Source: Phoronis australis (Eukaryota > Animalia > Phoronida). Taken from it: 64,000 nt of DNA. The notes beneath the pieces were generated by a model. It had not been told where the DNA came from. It worked only from the letters and a program-made list of their open reading frames with translations, and did not search any database. Of this stretch, positions 1 to 11,800 are shown one piece after another. The position numbers were made by a program, and so were the translations under genes. Within the stretch, counting starts at the first letter, position 1. Every line of letters begins with the position of its first letter. The stretch spans positions 1,021,059 to 1,085,058 of the forward strand of contig NMRA01000035.1 in assembly GCA_002633005.1 (NCBI GenBank). Reading direction: 5' to 3'.

Positions 1-196
1 ATCTGGTTTAAGTTTGAAACTTGCAAGTTCGTCCTGAAACAAAATGCAGTAGTTGTCGTAGTCACTTGTTAATAACAAACGGAAGTAATTGCAGTAGTAA
101 TTACAGTCAATGCCTATCAACTCTGGTCTCGTGCTTATTTCTATCGCCTTCCCATCTTACCGTTGCCGTGTGATATCCTCTGTTACTATGTTACAG

Positions 197-3100
197 CTTA
201 CCTGAAGTGCCCAGTCTTGCCGACGTTGCCTCTCTGTCAATCCAGTTCCCGCCATCCGCCATCGAAGATATACTCCAGCAGATCTCAGAACATGGCAAAA
301 TCTCCTCTCACTCGCTTGTTAAAATTGTCGACATCTCCCAGCGTCCCGGAGCTCTACTTGTTATGTGGGCTGAGGTAACTTGTGTTTGTGACCTGTAGGC
401 ATCATTTGTTGTTTCTACTTTACTGGTACAATGGAGCCCACTTCATGTCATACCGTCGGTTTCGAAGTAAATTATCATAATAAACGGCATATTCCATTAA
501 GTGGCAATCGTAACCACTCTTGCGAGCTGATCATATTAAGTGGAGGGTATGAGAGTAACACAGCTAAACGGGGAACGACTGTCATTTGCTCCCAATTCCA
601 ACTTCCATTCAGGCAAACGAATTGAAAATGAATTAAGTTGGTTTTTAGATGGAAAGGGAAGTTCCGCATGGGTTAGAATCAGTATTGTTGTTTTTTAATG
701 ACATTATCTGAGAATATGGCAATAGGTCAGGACATTTGGGTTATTTTACACGAGTTTAGTTCTTAATGGTTCGTTTTTTGACATTTCATAACAATAGCGA
801 GGATATTCTGTTATTTGGTATGACTTAAACTGTATATTTTTGTTTGGAAGGTATTAAATTAATCTTCAGCAGTTAATCTAATCACTTCCCAGCCATGTAT
901 ACGTCATAAACTTGCTGAATGAAATAATACACTGGTTTAATAGTCTTTTCAAATCCTTGAGAAAAACGGGCAGACTGGAAGACTTCACCTTGAGACACCC
1001 CATGCTGAGGGGCCTCATGAGTCATAATCAGGTGATCAGTATTATAGACCAGTCATTTGGCCTAAAGATGCCTTGTGCACCGCTAAAGGCAGTTCTTCCT
1101 AGGGGAAAACAATACAATTATAGACGCAGATTAACAAATGTAAAGTATATTATGAATGGACTCAAAGTGAATGACAGCAACTTATTACCAAAGGGTCTTC
1201 TATGTTTTCAATGAATTGTGTGGAAGGCAGTATAGCAGAGTGGTGTGGCTTTGGTCTGCAACTAGTGAGTAAATCATTGAGCATAGCACTGGTTGCTTTT
1301 TGACATCATGTACCCTATTTCAACCTGAATGGATAAGAATGTTTTGAGGGTCTCAATTGGAAACAGTTCTGAGCAATTTTAAGGCTGTGCTATGACATTG
1401 CACTAACTGCACATTGCTATCAAATGGTGAAATATCCTAAAACTACTGAACTTTTCCTGCTCATAGTGGGTCCCATATTTTCTTGTGTTTTTATTAAGCT
1501 GTGAATGATATTTGATTACTAAAGTAAAAGGGCACTTTTTGCGGGTCTAAAGTTGTTAATGTCAAGTTAAACAATTTGAAGGTGCAACAAACTCACACCT
1601 GTCAGGACACTTATTGTTACAAAATTATTCTCATTTTGCTCCTTAGTCAGATTAGAAATGAGAAGCATTGACACTTCCTTATTTTCTGTTAGACCATGTT
1701 CATGAAGCTTGTTTCTCATGAGAGGAGATTTCTAGGCTTTTTATTGCATGCAACCTATTTCAATTCAAACAAGGTACAGTAGTACAAGCACATTGTTTTG
1801 GAAGAGCAAACATGCCTGTTTAGGAAGTTGTTTTTGATACCAGTGCCCGGTTGCATGAAACAGTTCCAAATAGGGACTCAACTAAGTTCCCTAAATATTT
1901 TGCATATTTGTGAACTTGTGAAAACACTGATTGCCCTTTCTTTTGCTGTTTGAGTCTCATTACTAAGTCAGTTTTTGGCTTTGATACAAATCAAGAGTGA
2001 AGTCTAAGTTAAATTCTCATGATTAGTTAAAATAAGTTGGGAGCTTTTCATGCAACGCCCCTAATTTAAGGACTAAGTCCCTAATTATTTTAACTGAATT
2101 AAAGGCTCAGTTTTAGTTATGTTATTAGAAATGCCAATAGTCAATGAGGAGCTCATAATAAAGATAAAATGATAGAAAAAGTACTACATCTGTGAGTATA
2201 GAATGAAACAAATACGCAAATGATTTAGGGAACTTAGATAAGTCCCTATTTGGGACTGTTTTATGCAACCGGGCACTGGGGTCCATTTTATGAAAGTGAC
2301 TTAAGATTTCAGACAGATATTTGATCTTGCACTCCACACATTTCTGAAAAATAATTAAATGTCACGTCAGCGAAAGATTAAAGTGTCTGAGGTAACTGCT
2401 AGTTACTGAGATAATTTCTATAAATTATTTCTAGACTGTGATGCGCTCTCAATTTCTTGTCTAAACGTTTATTCAGCAATTGTGAAGTGTGAGCATAAGA
2501 CCTGTGTTAAATCTTCAGTCGCATTTCGTGAAACTGACCGCAGAGCACGTTTTGAAACGGCTTTAACCTGTTTTGTGCAGGTAGAGCACGATGAAGAGAA
2601 CGTGCCTGACATCTCAGAGTTCAAGCTACAGTATACCTCAGAAGACAGTACTGCTACTGATGCTCCATCATACGAAACCATCTACCAAGGTCCTAGCATG
2701 TCGTATCTGGTGAGACACATCAAGCAGAACCAGCCCTACACCTTCAGGCTGTGTTGCCGTGGTGATGAGGACAGCGAATGGAGCACCTGGTGTGTCCCGA
2801 GAGTCGCCATGACGACATTGAAACATCACGGTTCGTATGTTGACTATAGTGTGACCATAGATTATTGACAACAGACTCGCAACTCCGAGTCCCGAAATTT
2901 TGAGCAGCACCGGTGTGTATTCAAGCTTAAAATGAAATGTCAAGTTAACTGCTGTTGAAGTGCGATATTGGTTTTTGAGTTGGCCTAGTGTTTATTTCAG
3001 GAGTATTAATAGGAGCTTTATTAAGAAGTTACCATTTTACGAGCGTTCAATTTATTTAAACACGGATGTGAGTTGAGCAAAATCACCGATCCAAATCCCG

Positions 3101-4790
3101 ACGAAATGACCATGATTAGCAGACAACGTACTTGCCAGAAGTAATGCGTGTTATATCTGCCAGGTGTTGCTAGTAAATAATGACGTCATGGCTTATGCGT
3201 AAGGTCACAGATTTTGTCCATTGAAAATATACGGAGTTGGCAGTCCATGTCTATGGTGTGACGATACAGCAAATAGTTTGGTTAAGAATATGATACTATG
3301 TTTACCACAAGCTATTTCAGTTAGAATCTTATAGTTTGATTCCTTTGCTCACATATTTGTACAGTACTGCTGTTACTAAATAAGTCTGAATATGTTAAAC
3401 TAGTCTTTGAGCATTTTCAGTTGAGTACCAAACCTTTGAAAAATGGGAAATTGTATATTCAGCAATTGTTTTTATCCAACATTTATGTGCTATAGTCAGG
3501 CCATGAATTGCATTTAGACATTTCTTTTCGATGTCTTCTGGTTATGATACATATGCGTCAACAAATAATAAGTTTGTGTAGTTAACTTAATTGTGATAAC
3601 TCACAGAGTAATTAGGTCAATTTCACATGCTGCAATGGTAACTATAGCAACACTGCCATTTATAGATTGAAATACTTGACCTGTGATTGAAAACTACACT
3701 TGAGTGCATGGTTCTATGAAAATGCAAATAAACCATTGTTTTATCCTATTGGATAACTGAGAGCAACATGGTCCATTGCTTCACTTGCGGCACGTAGTGA
3801 ATTTTGAGTTCCTCATTGTAACATCCCCTCTGTTTCAGAATGGTGCAGTTCAGTTATTGGTTACTCTTTAAGCAATGATAATCGCACAGCAGCCGTTGAT
3901 TCATCCTCCGACTCCTGTCTGCCTGTTCTACACTCTGCAACACCTAGTTATCTGTGTGGACATGGGCTTGAGTTTAGCATTATAGACATTGCTGAAGGAG
4001 AGGTGTTTGATAATGGAGGCATCGGCATCAGCTTTGACAAAAGTGAAGGGGAAAGTCTAATGAGACCCGGTGCTCTGTTTGTGAACTCGTTAGGTATGTG
4101 GTTTTTCCTGGTGAAGTTGTCATTTGTCCACATTTGAAAGATTATGCAACGGTTATACTGTGTTGCAATTGATGTATTGCCATGCATCATTCTGTTGTGG
4201 TATGTAAAATGGGTATTCTTAGCATTTAATTGTAAGTTTTGTGTATTCACAGTTGTTCATATGGACTAATTTGTTCTTACTGTTTTCATGTTTTATTAGC
4301 TAGTGATTACCTTGTTTTATGCAATTCAAAACATAATTCTGTACACAAAGCAATAGTTTTTAAATTCATACATTTAGTACAACTCGATGGAAGTTGTTAA
4401 ACATCGAGTACTTGTAATAAAAATGAATTTTTATAAAATCTCAGTCGTTAATTTTATCCTTTTTAAATTCTAAGTCAGTGATGAGTCTAACGCATGGTAA
4501 TTGTGCTTGTTTGCTCGTAAATTTCAGGCCAAGTGTACGTGGATGGCAAGAAGTTGACTAACGTGTTGCCCAGTTTAACACAGGGATCCACTTTGACATT
4601 TAACACGGAACTAATATCTCCGAACAAAATACGCGTTTCTATTGAAACCAACGACAAACAGGTGACGGTGGACTGGAAAGAGGATCGGGAGCCGACTCAT
4701 GTCTCTGCTCAGGGCAATGGAGACTGGTGCATACCCCTCTACTTTGGTCTGCAGTTTCAGTCGATAGGATGGAAAGTTTTTGTTCAATAA
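197..4790 (+). CDS. CRLF3: Cytokine receptor-like factor 3 (FN3 + SPRY-like C-terminus), 5'-partial; coding exons 197-374, 2581-2830, 3839-4093, 4528-4790
   Basis: The GT-AG exons join in frame: LPEVPSLADV...RPGALLVMWAE|VEHDEEN...YTFRLCCRGDEDSEWSTWCVP...TTLKHH|EWCSSVIGYSLS...LFVNSL|GQVYVDGKKLTNVLPSLTQGSTLTF...LYFGLQFQSIGWKVFVQ*. This is colinear with vertebrate CRLF3 as recalled (LPEVP, YQFRVCARGDG.EWSPW, GYSLS, GKEMTNQLP, LYFGCSF.YPGWKVLVF). Upstream exons lie outside the window. Confidence 0.93.
1840..2279. mobile_element. MITE / non-autonomous DNA transposon, ~55-bp imperfect TIRs
   Basis: ccagtgcccggttgcatgaaacagttccaaatagggact... at 1840 is inverted against ...agtccctatttgggactgttttatgcaaccgggcactgg ending 2279. 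A related copy is at 25768-26097. Confidence 0.8.
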
Positions 4791-5130
4791 ATGTCATTGT
4801 TGGAATCATTGAAAGGGTGTTTAGCAAGTGTAACCCAGTGGTGGCAAGTGTTCACGTCCTTTTCCGTAGAAGTGTTATTCTTTGGGAACAACAAAGCTAT
4901 CTCTATTACATGTCATGCCACAGTTACTGAACAATGCTGTGCAAGTCACTGAACAGTTAATCTTTTCAGTTAGATAACCAGTAAGCTTTACTGTATTTGT
5001 TCAGGTTAATGCCTACATTTGGCTGTTAAGCACTTAACCTCTAATTTTCGTAATTTTCACTTTTGGAATGGCCACCGTTAATCAAGCGTTTTGGTTCCTT
5101 AAATCACCATTTTTAATACACACTTCAACT

Positions 5131-5136
5131 AATAAA
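5131..5136 (+). promoter_or_regulatory. Candidate poly(A) signal of CRLF3
   Basis: AATAAA ~340 nt after the stop codon, followed by a GT/T-rich stretch. Confidence 0.45.
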
Positions 5137-7748
5137 ATGTGCACAATTTGCTTGACTGTGTTTTGCAAAATACAGATTGCCTGCATTTCAAATATTTTAC
5201 TTAAAAATAACTCCATGATTGCTTACTCAATTGATACTTCAAGCAAACGCCCTCACTGACTTCAAATAACTTTAGCATATAAGTCCCACGGAGGGATAAT
5301 CGAGTCAAACCAAAGTCACAAACTTTGAAGTCGTATGAATCGAGTTAGCAACGCGATATGATGTGTAATTTAGAATGTTAACTCACCGTCTTAAAGAACC
5401 AAAACAATGTTTCCACCCCAAAACATGTATCAAAACAGTGTTCTTTTCAAAGAGGGTGCCACATGGGGCTTAAGCGCCCATACTCGGCTTAAAGTCCACC
5501 GCGTTACTTTTTGAGATTTCTTACTTGTGTGCTTTGGGTTTTAACCTTGAAGAATAAGGAATGCAACCCATGGTCTGTAGTTTTGACAATTTTATATTTG
5601 AAAGTGTGTCAGGTGAAACTATTCAGGGTTATTTGTGCTCCAGTAGTTTGTGCCAATTGAAAGGTGCGTTACTTTACTGTAATTAACCTATTGCCAGGAT
5701 TTTGAGTGACAGCTTAACTGACCAATCAGAACGCAGCATTCTTGACACACCTGACAAACAGCCTGTTATTTTTTAAAACTTATTGTTCATTTGTCGACTT
5801 TTCGCAAGGGAGCGGAGCTTGCGTTAGGTCAATTCTGAGGGCTTTTAAGTCATGCATTAGTTGCCTAAGAGTTGTGTTTTACTACACCGTTGCTTGCATG
5901 TTGTTAACAAGTGTTGATTTGGTTGCACATTGTGTTACTCCTGGTGAAAAGAACTGCTATGATTGGCTAGTACAGAAGGACAAAGGTTTCCACTTGGTGG
6001 TGGATTTACGAAAACCAGGTCCCTAAACTGAGCTCAGGTTAGAGCTGTTACAAGTGCGAAATTCTCTTACATTTGGTAATGATGCGCACAGGTGTCTTGG
6101 TGCTACCAACCATAAAGAACTAAGTTCTACATTTTTAAGCTTCAATTTGTTTTTCTATCAACCGTTTGTGCATTTTTAGTAATGGAAATCTTTTGTGTGC
6201 CATTTTCTTTTGTGACAGAGTCTCCGAGGCCTTCTCTAGTAAGAAATCAGATGCATATCAATGACTTTAAACATTTTCTTGGAGCTCCTAATCTTTTGCT
6301 TGCTTTCTTGTTTGCGACCCACCCTGCTGTGCCTGTTGCCGGAAACAAAAATTGAAAACTGTTCTACTTTTGTACATGTGTATTTTTACTTGCTTAAAAT
6401 TAATGGTCACAAACTTCAGGTCTTAATCTTCCTTGTCCTTCCGGGCTCCCAGCCTTCTTGAGGCCCCTGCGCTCAAGCCTTGCCAGCCTTATGATTAATC
6501 CGATTACATTATTTTTTTTACAAATAACAGGTTTGCAAATTTTATACACTGGTGGAGTTCAAATTTGAATGTTTTGCGATATTTGTATAGCGACAAGTGC
6601 AAGGTTTACAACGTGTGGGTCCATGAGCACCCAGAATTGTAGGGTCTTGTTGTTGCCTCCATGTCATGTAATCAGATATACCTGTTTCTTTGTGTTGTGA
6701 CTCTCACACTTGAATTGAAGGTTGCACATTTTGGTCTTGTGGGAACCTTGGGCGCATGATTTTTTAAACCAAATTTGAACTTTGCACTGTTATTTTTAAA
6801 TTATCGTATAAGTGCAGTATAGAATTGCGCTTTAAAGTGTCGTAATTTCACAAACTAAAATCTTTATGGCATTATGTATTTGTTTTTTGATCTCTAGGTG
6901 AAGGAACTGTTTTTAAGAGCTTTAAGGGGGGATTACTTGTGTTAGATACAGCCCTTTCTAAAATATAAGTATGGTATATTTTCAGCATTACTTTCAAAAT
7001 GGCCATTGGCGACTGTAGAGAAGTGACATAAAAGCCTAGTGAGAGGCCTATGTCTTGCTGTGTGTGCATCAAATGCCATTTATCAAGCACAATCACATAC
7101 ACAGACTTATCAACAGCCAGGAAGTCATTGTTTGCCCTGTGGAAGCAGAGACACACGAGATCTGGCCTTTCGCTAGACTGTTTAAATCACTTTCCTATTG
7201 TTGCCTGGCACGGAGACTTGTAATTAACACTGAAAATGTGGGAAATAACCAGAAACTTTCACTTTTAGAAAGGGTAATGTTAAAAACACTTGCGTATTTT
7301 TCATTTTCAAGTTGTTAGTTCATATCAAGTCTGTAACCATAAAATGACTTTTTGTATTGCACGTGTTGACCCCTTGCATCTATATAATTTTACCAGTGCC
7401 AATTATTGGATATAATGAGTTGCCTTTTTGTATTGGATGTGGGAAATACGTTTCAGCACCATAAAACTCGCATAAGTTGGACATGCATAAGTCCGCCAAA
7501 TGTAATGGTATGGTTGTTCTAGTACGTAGACTTCTTTCCGTAAGTTGAATTCACCATACTCTGATAAAATCTCGATTCTGTTGGATGCTATGTCTGCGAA
7601 TTTTACTGTATTGCATCTACATGTCATTAAAATATTATCACATATGCATTGCGTTTATTAAAAAAAAAACAGCAGCAAAAGTGACTGAGTTTACTTTTCC
7701 ATGACCAAAAGGTACATAAGCTTGAGCAGTAAAATTTCCCTCATGTAA

Positions 7749-7754
7749 TTTATT
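7749..7754 (-). promoter_or_regulatory. Candidate poly(A) signal of SelU/PRXL2A (second AATAAA at 7654-7659)
   Basis: tttatt on + equals AATAAA on -, ~70 nt downstream of the SECIS core. Confidence 0.55.
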
Positions 7755-7799
7755 CACATCTAAAGACATCCGTCAATTCAAATTTCTTGTTGAACTAAA

Positions 7800-7885
7800 A
7801 ATTACCATGCAGGTCCAAGTACATCAGGTGGAAGTCTTCTTAAATTTCATCCTCCACCGTCATCAAACGAATGTGTATGTGCATT
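7800..7885 (-). promoter_or_regulatory. SECIS element (eukaryotic, type II-like) in the SelU/PRXL2A 3' UTR
   Basis: Minus strand reads AUGAC-GGUGGAGG-AUG-AAA-UUUAAGAAGA-CUUCCACC-UGAU (7863->7823). It has the UGAN/NGAN kink-turn quartet, an 8-bp helix II (7 Watson-Crick + 1 GU) and an unpaired AAA 11 nt after the core. It lies ~1.03 kb after the stop codon and upstream of AATAAA. Helix I is weak by eye. Confidence 0.88.
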
Positions 7886-8895
7886 TAAAGTCCAAGAGAA
7901 ATATAAAACTGCGTACAACATTACAGCAAAATCTCAACAGTTTCAGACAAAAACAATTACTAAACTTCCACTATTCTCATTTTTCAAAGGGTTCTTACAT
8001 TTTTGTGAAGTCCCAGAATTTTTTGAAACATTGTTTGATGAAAGCTATAATGCAGAATTTGAACATGAGTAAAGCGTTCCTTTTTTGAAAAAATGAGAAA
8101 ATAAAATTTCTCATGTCAGACATATTGTGTCCTAAACTGGCGAGATTTTACCCATTCATCACTAACTGTTACAAACATTGTCTCAATAACTTAACAAAGA
8201 CACTGAGTACTATCCAATCTGTAAACACATTAAAAATATCTTTGAAATTTGTTTTTGGTTGATTGAAGGTACCGGTAATTGCCAATACCTCGCTGTTAAA
8301 GCACAAACCACTCCAAATCAAAATGATTGTACAAGGAAATGTTGTGAACTTTCATCTCTAGTGGATGTCGAAGCATTCTGACAGCATTATTTCAAATTAC
8401 AAACTGTTTATCAGGTCGCATGATTTCCGCCACGACAGAGGAAAACAACACCTTAAAATAAAAATGTGCATGCAACAAACTTAAAATAAACAAGTGGAAA
8501 TGCTTTTCCTTTACGCTACAACCTGAATAAAAGGAACAAATAAAATTTAAAAAAGTCCATAATCCTTTATCACAGACATAACATTTAAATAATGTTTTTT
8601 TCAATTCAAGCTTCTTCACCGAGGCTGATAACCATCGAACATTACAAGCATGATATATATAGAATGTGATTAGACAAGATAGTTCATTTATATTTTTCTT
8701 CTGTCAATAAAGAAATTGCATCCATACATGTAAGAAAAGCTACAAAAATTGACATGTTATGCATATGAACAGTAAGAAACGTATTGTAGTTTTCACATGT
8801 ATAGTTGGTGCAGAGTACTATGGAATGTAATGTGAACAAAATGATGAAAATTTCCCTTGTACATTGTTTAATATTAATAATGAACCAGCAAGCAT

Positions 8896-11800
8896 TTATA
8901 ACTTTGCACTGGGTTTGGGAGCTATTTTATCAACAGCGTCCAATATGGCCTTTTTAGATGTGATATCGCCGAACTCTTGTTCACGGTGCTCTAGTAAAAT
9001 TCCTTGATCACCTCGACCCATTACGAACAGCCCTGCGAAATACAAGAAAAAAGTGTGTAGTCTTGCCATGCACGGACAGGGACACACAGCTAGTATGACT
9101 ACAAGGTGGGACATGTAACAGCATCAATGATCGCTGTTTTGTTTCAATTTCACTTCTGTAAGAAATACTTTGGAGTGAAATTAGGCAAGTCAAGACTAAG
9201 TTTTGCAACTGAACTAAGACCGGGGTTAAGGTTATCTAGGACCTTAATAAACAACCTCAACTCTTAAGTCAAACATCGAAAAAACTATGCTTTGTTAACC
9301 ATTACAAATTTATATTTTGTGTAATGAGAAAGAATATCGAGGATTCTAGAAATATGCTTCTTACTACTATGTCTAAGAAAAATTTTCCTTTGCAAGAAAG
9401 GTACATTCATACCAAAATAACCCCCCCCCCAGCTGATTTTACTGAAACTTGTTTGAATGAAAACTTTCACGAAAACAACAACGGATTTAAAACTTGACAT
9501 GTTTCGGTGTCATTTATTAAACACCATCCTCAGAAGTCATAATACAGTGGCCACCTAGCTAGGCCCAGCAACAAGTAATGAAGCACAGATACAGTCAGTT
9601 ACAGGGAGTGACAATGAACTATACCAACAATGACAACCTGTGGTGTGTCAGTTGCCTATTGAGATTGGGCTTGCACCAACTGATATGTAAAGCCTCACGA
9701 ATTTTAAGCTCCTTTGTTGTTACTGCCTGGTCTATTATTGCAAAGTCATTGAAAGAGCACTGCTGATAACAATGATTGGAGCTCTGCAGGTGAATATTTA
9801 CATGTGAATTACTGTCAGAATTTAGATGTTCCTTGGTCCTGGTTTTCAAATGGCGAACAGTTTCGCCTATATAACTGGAGCCACATCCAGCACAGTGTTT
9901 AATAAATGACACCGAAACATGTCAAGTTTTAAATCCGTTGTTGTTTTCGTGAACATATGCTGTTACTTGCTATCATGGAAATGAAAACTTTACGTTAAAT
10001 CTCAAAACACTGTTAGGACTTTGCTGTAAAATGCCTAGTTTTCACATACAGAGTGATATATGTATAAGACCGTTATTTTTTTACAAAAATACTTTATTTA
10101 CTAAGTGAATAATCAAAAATTCCTCAATACAAAAACCGCATTCAATTTTGGCTAAATTTCCTGAAACTTGATTGCTTTTGCACCTAGCACTTAACTGGAA
10201 TTTCACTTACTATGACCAACAGAATAACTGAATGGCATAATAATGGCAAATGGATCTGTTCCACAACAATGTTGTTTAACTAACTGCGAAAAAAATCCAT
10301 TTCATAGCCGAATAACTCGAACATAAAGTGTTTTCAGCAAAGCTATGGCAAAGTACAATATAAAGTGGCTCTCTGTATTAGCAAACAAAATGCAAAGGTG
10401 CAAAATGTAGTAAAGTAGAAATTTATAAAGTACCTCCCATTAACCGCCCTTCGCCCTCTAAGTTGTTGGGGAAGCCACTTGACGCTGCACGGTACGCATT
10501 TTTGAAGAATCCAGGCCGCAAAAAGTTGGCCAGAAACATCCAGTTTTCCTTGGGACCATAGAACTTTCTCTGCAAACAGATTCATACCCAATTATTACAG
10601 TCTTAAATTGCTGACTTAAAGAAACCGTGAGGACTGCATTATGGAACTTTTGTCACTTACAATTACCTTTAACATGAAATTTAATTCTAGAAAGTTATTG
10701 TCCGTTCCTGTCATTTCTTGTCTGCAGCCACAGTCAAAGCGTTTCAGCTGCTCAAAAGACGGTGATTAAAAAGACTGCTTTCAAATCAAAATCCAGCATC
10801 AAAAAGAAAAATAAATTCACCATAACTGCCCGAGTATAAGCTCGGTATAAGCTGAGGTACACCAGGGCTTGATGTTGATGGTGGCTCTTTATGAAACAAG
10901 GACTGAAAAAGATGCACCAATGGGGAGAGGGTGTCAGGATCGTTTTGCATTTTTGGCCAAGAGAAAATTGAGGAAAGCGAAAAATAACTGGAGATTGAGT
11001 GAAATCTGGTGACTTGTCACCAGAGGCATCTTATAGTAGCCAAACTGCCCGTTGATTAAGTGAAATCGAATAGCAGACTTAGTTCAAGTGAACAAAAGTT
11101 AGACCACAGTGGCAAATAATCTGTTTCTGAAACAGCCCTCCTGGGAAATTCTGAGGATGCAAAATCACTTTGAGGAAAGTGGCCATTTTGGAAGCAGCCT
11201 CCAGGAAGTTCTTTCAAAAATTCCGTTTCCAACTTTTGTTTATTCTTGTGTATAAACCCATCTGCTCTCGTATCAACAAACATCACATACATCTTGGTCC
11301 ATATCAAATTCATCAGATCATTTCCTTTGAATGGCGCAGTGTTAATAGGACAAAAAGCATTATCTCTAGGATTCATGGTGCCTCAAGACGGGCCATTACC
11401 GTATCTTTTGTCAAACGGTTATTTAGAAGAAATAATTACAAGCAGACCAAGGAAAACAAGTTTAGGTAGAGGAAACACTATTCCAACCCAGTTCGTAATA
11501 CTCGATTAACTCAGTGTGACCCTATGAATGATAATCAGAGATGTCATGAATTCTCATGAAGTTAATTAAGTGCAAATTTCATCATTTCCTATGACGTACA
11601 ACTTTCCCAACAAAACAGTTTATGTTACATAACAATTCCAGGACATCTTGTGTTGTTGTTTACTATGTCACTAACCAGTGCCCACTCATAGTGAAACCCT
11701 ATATGCCAGACAGCTGTTCAGACTCCATTAATGTTTATGGTTTGGATGAAATCACCGGAACTTTCAATATTGTTGTCGTTTTGCACTCACTACCCACACA

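Noticed and set aside
7570-7628. Second SECIS candidate (AUGAC-AUGUAGAUGC-AA... on the minus strand)
   Set aside because: Helix II pairs poorly, the loop is oversized, and it lies beyond both AATAAA signals.
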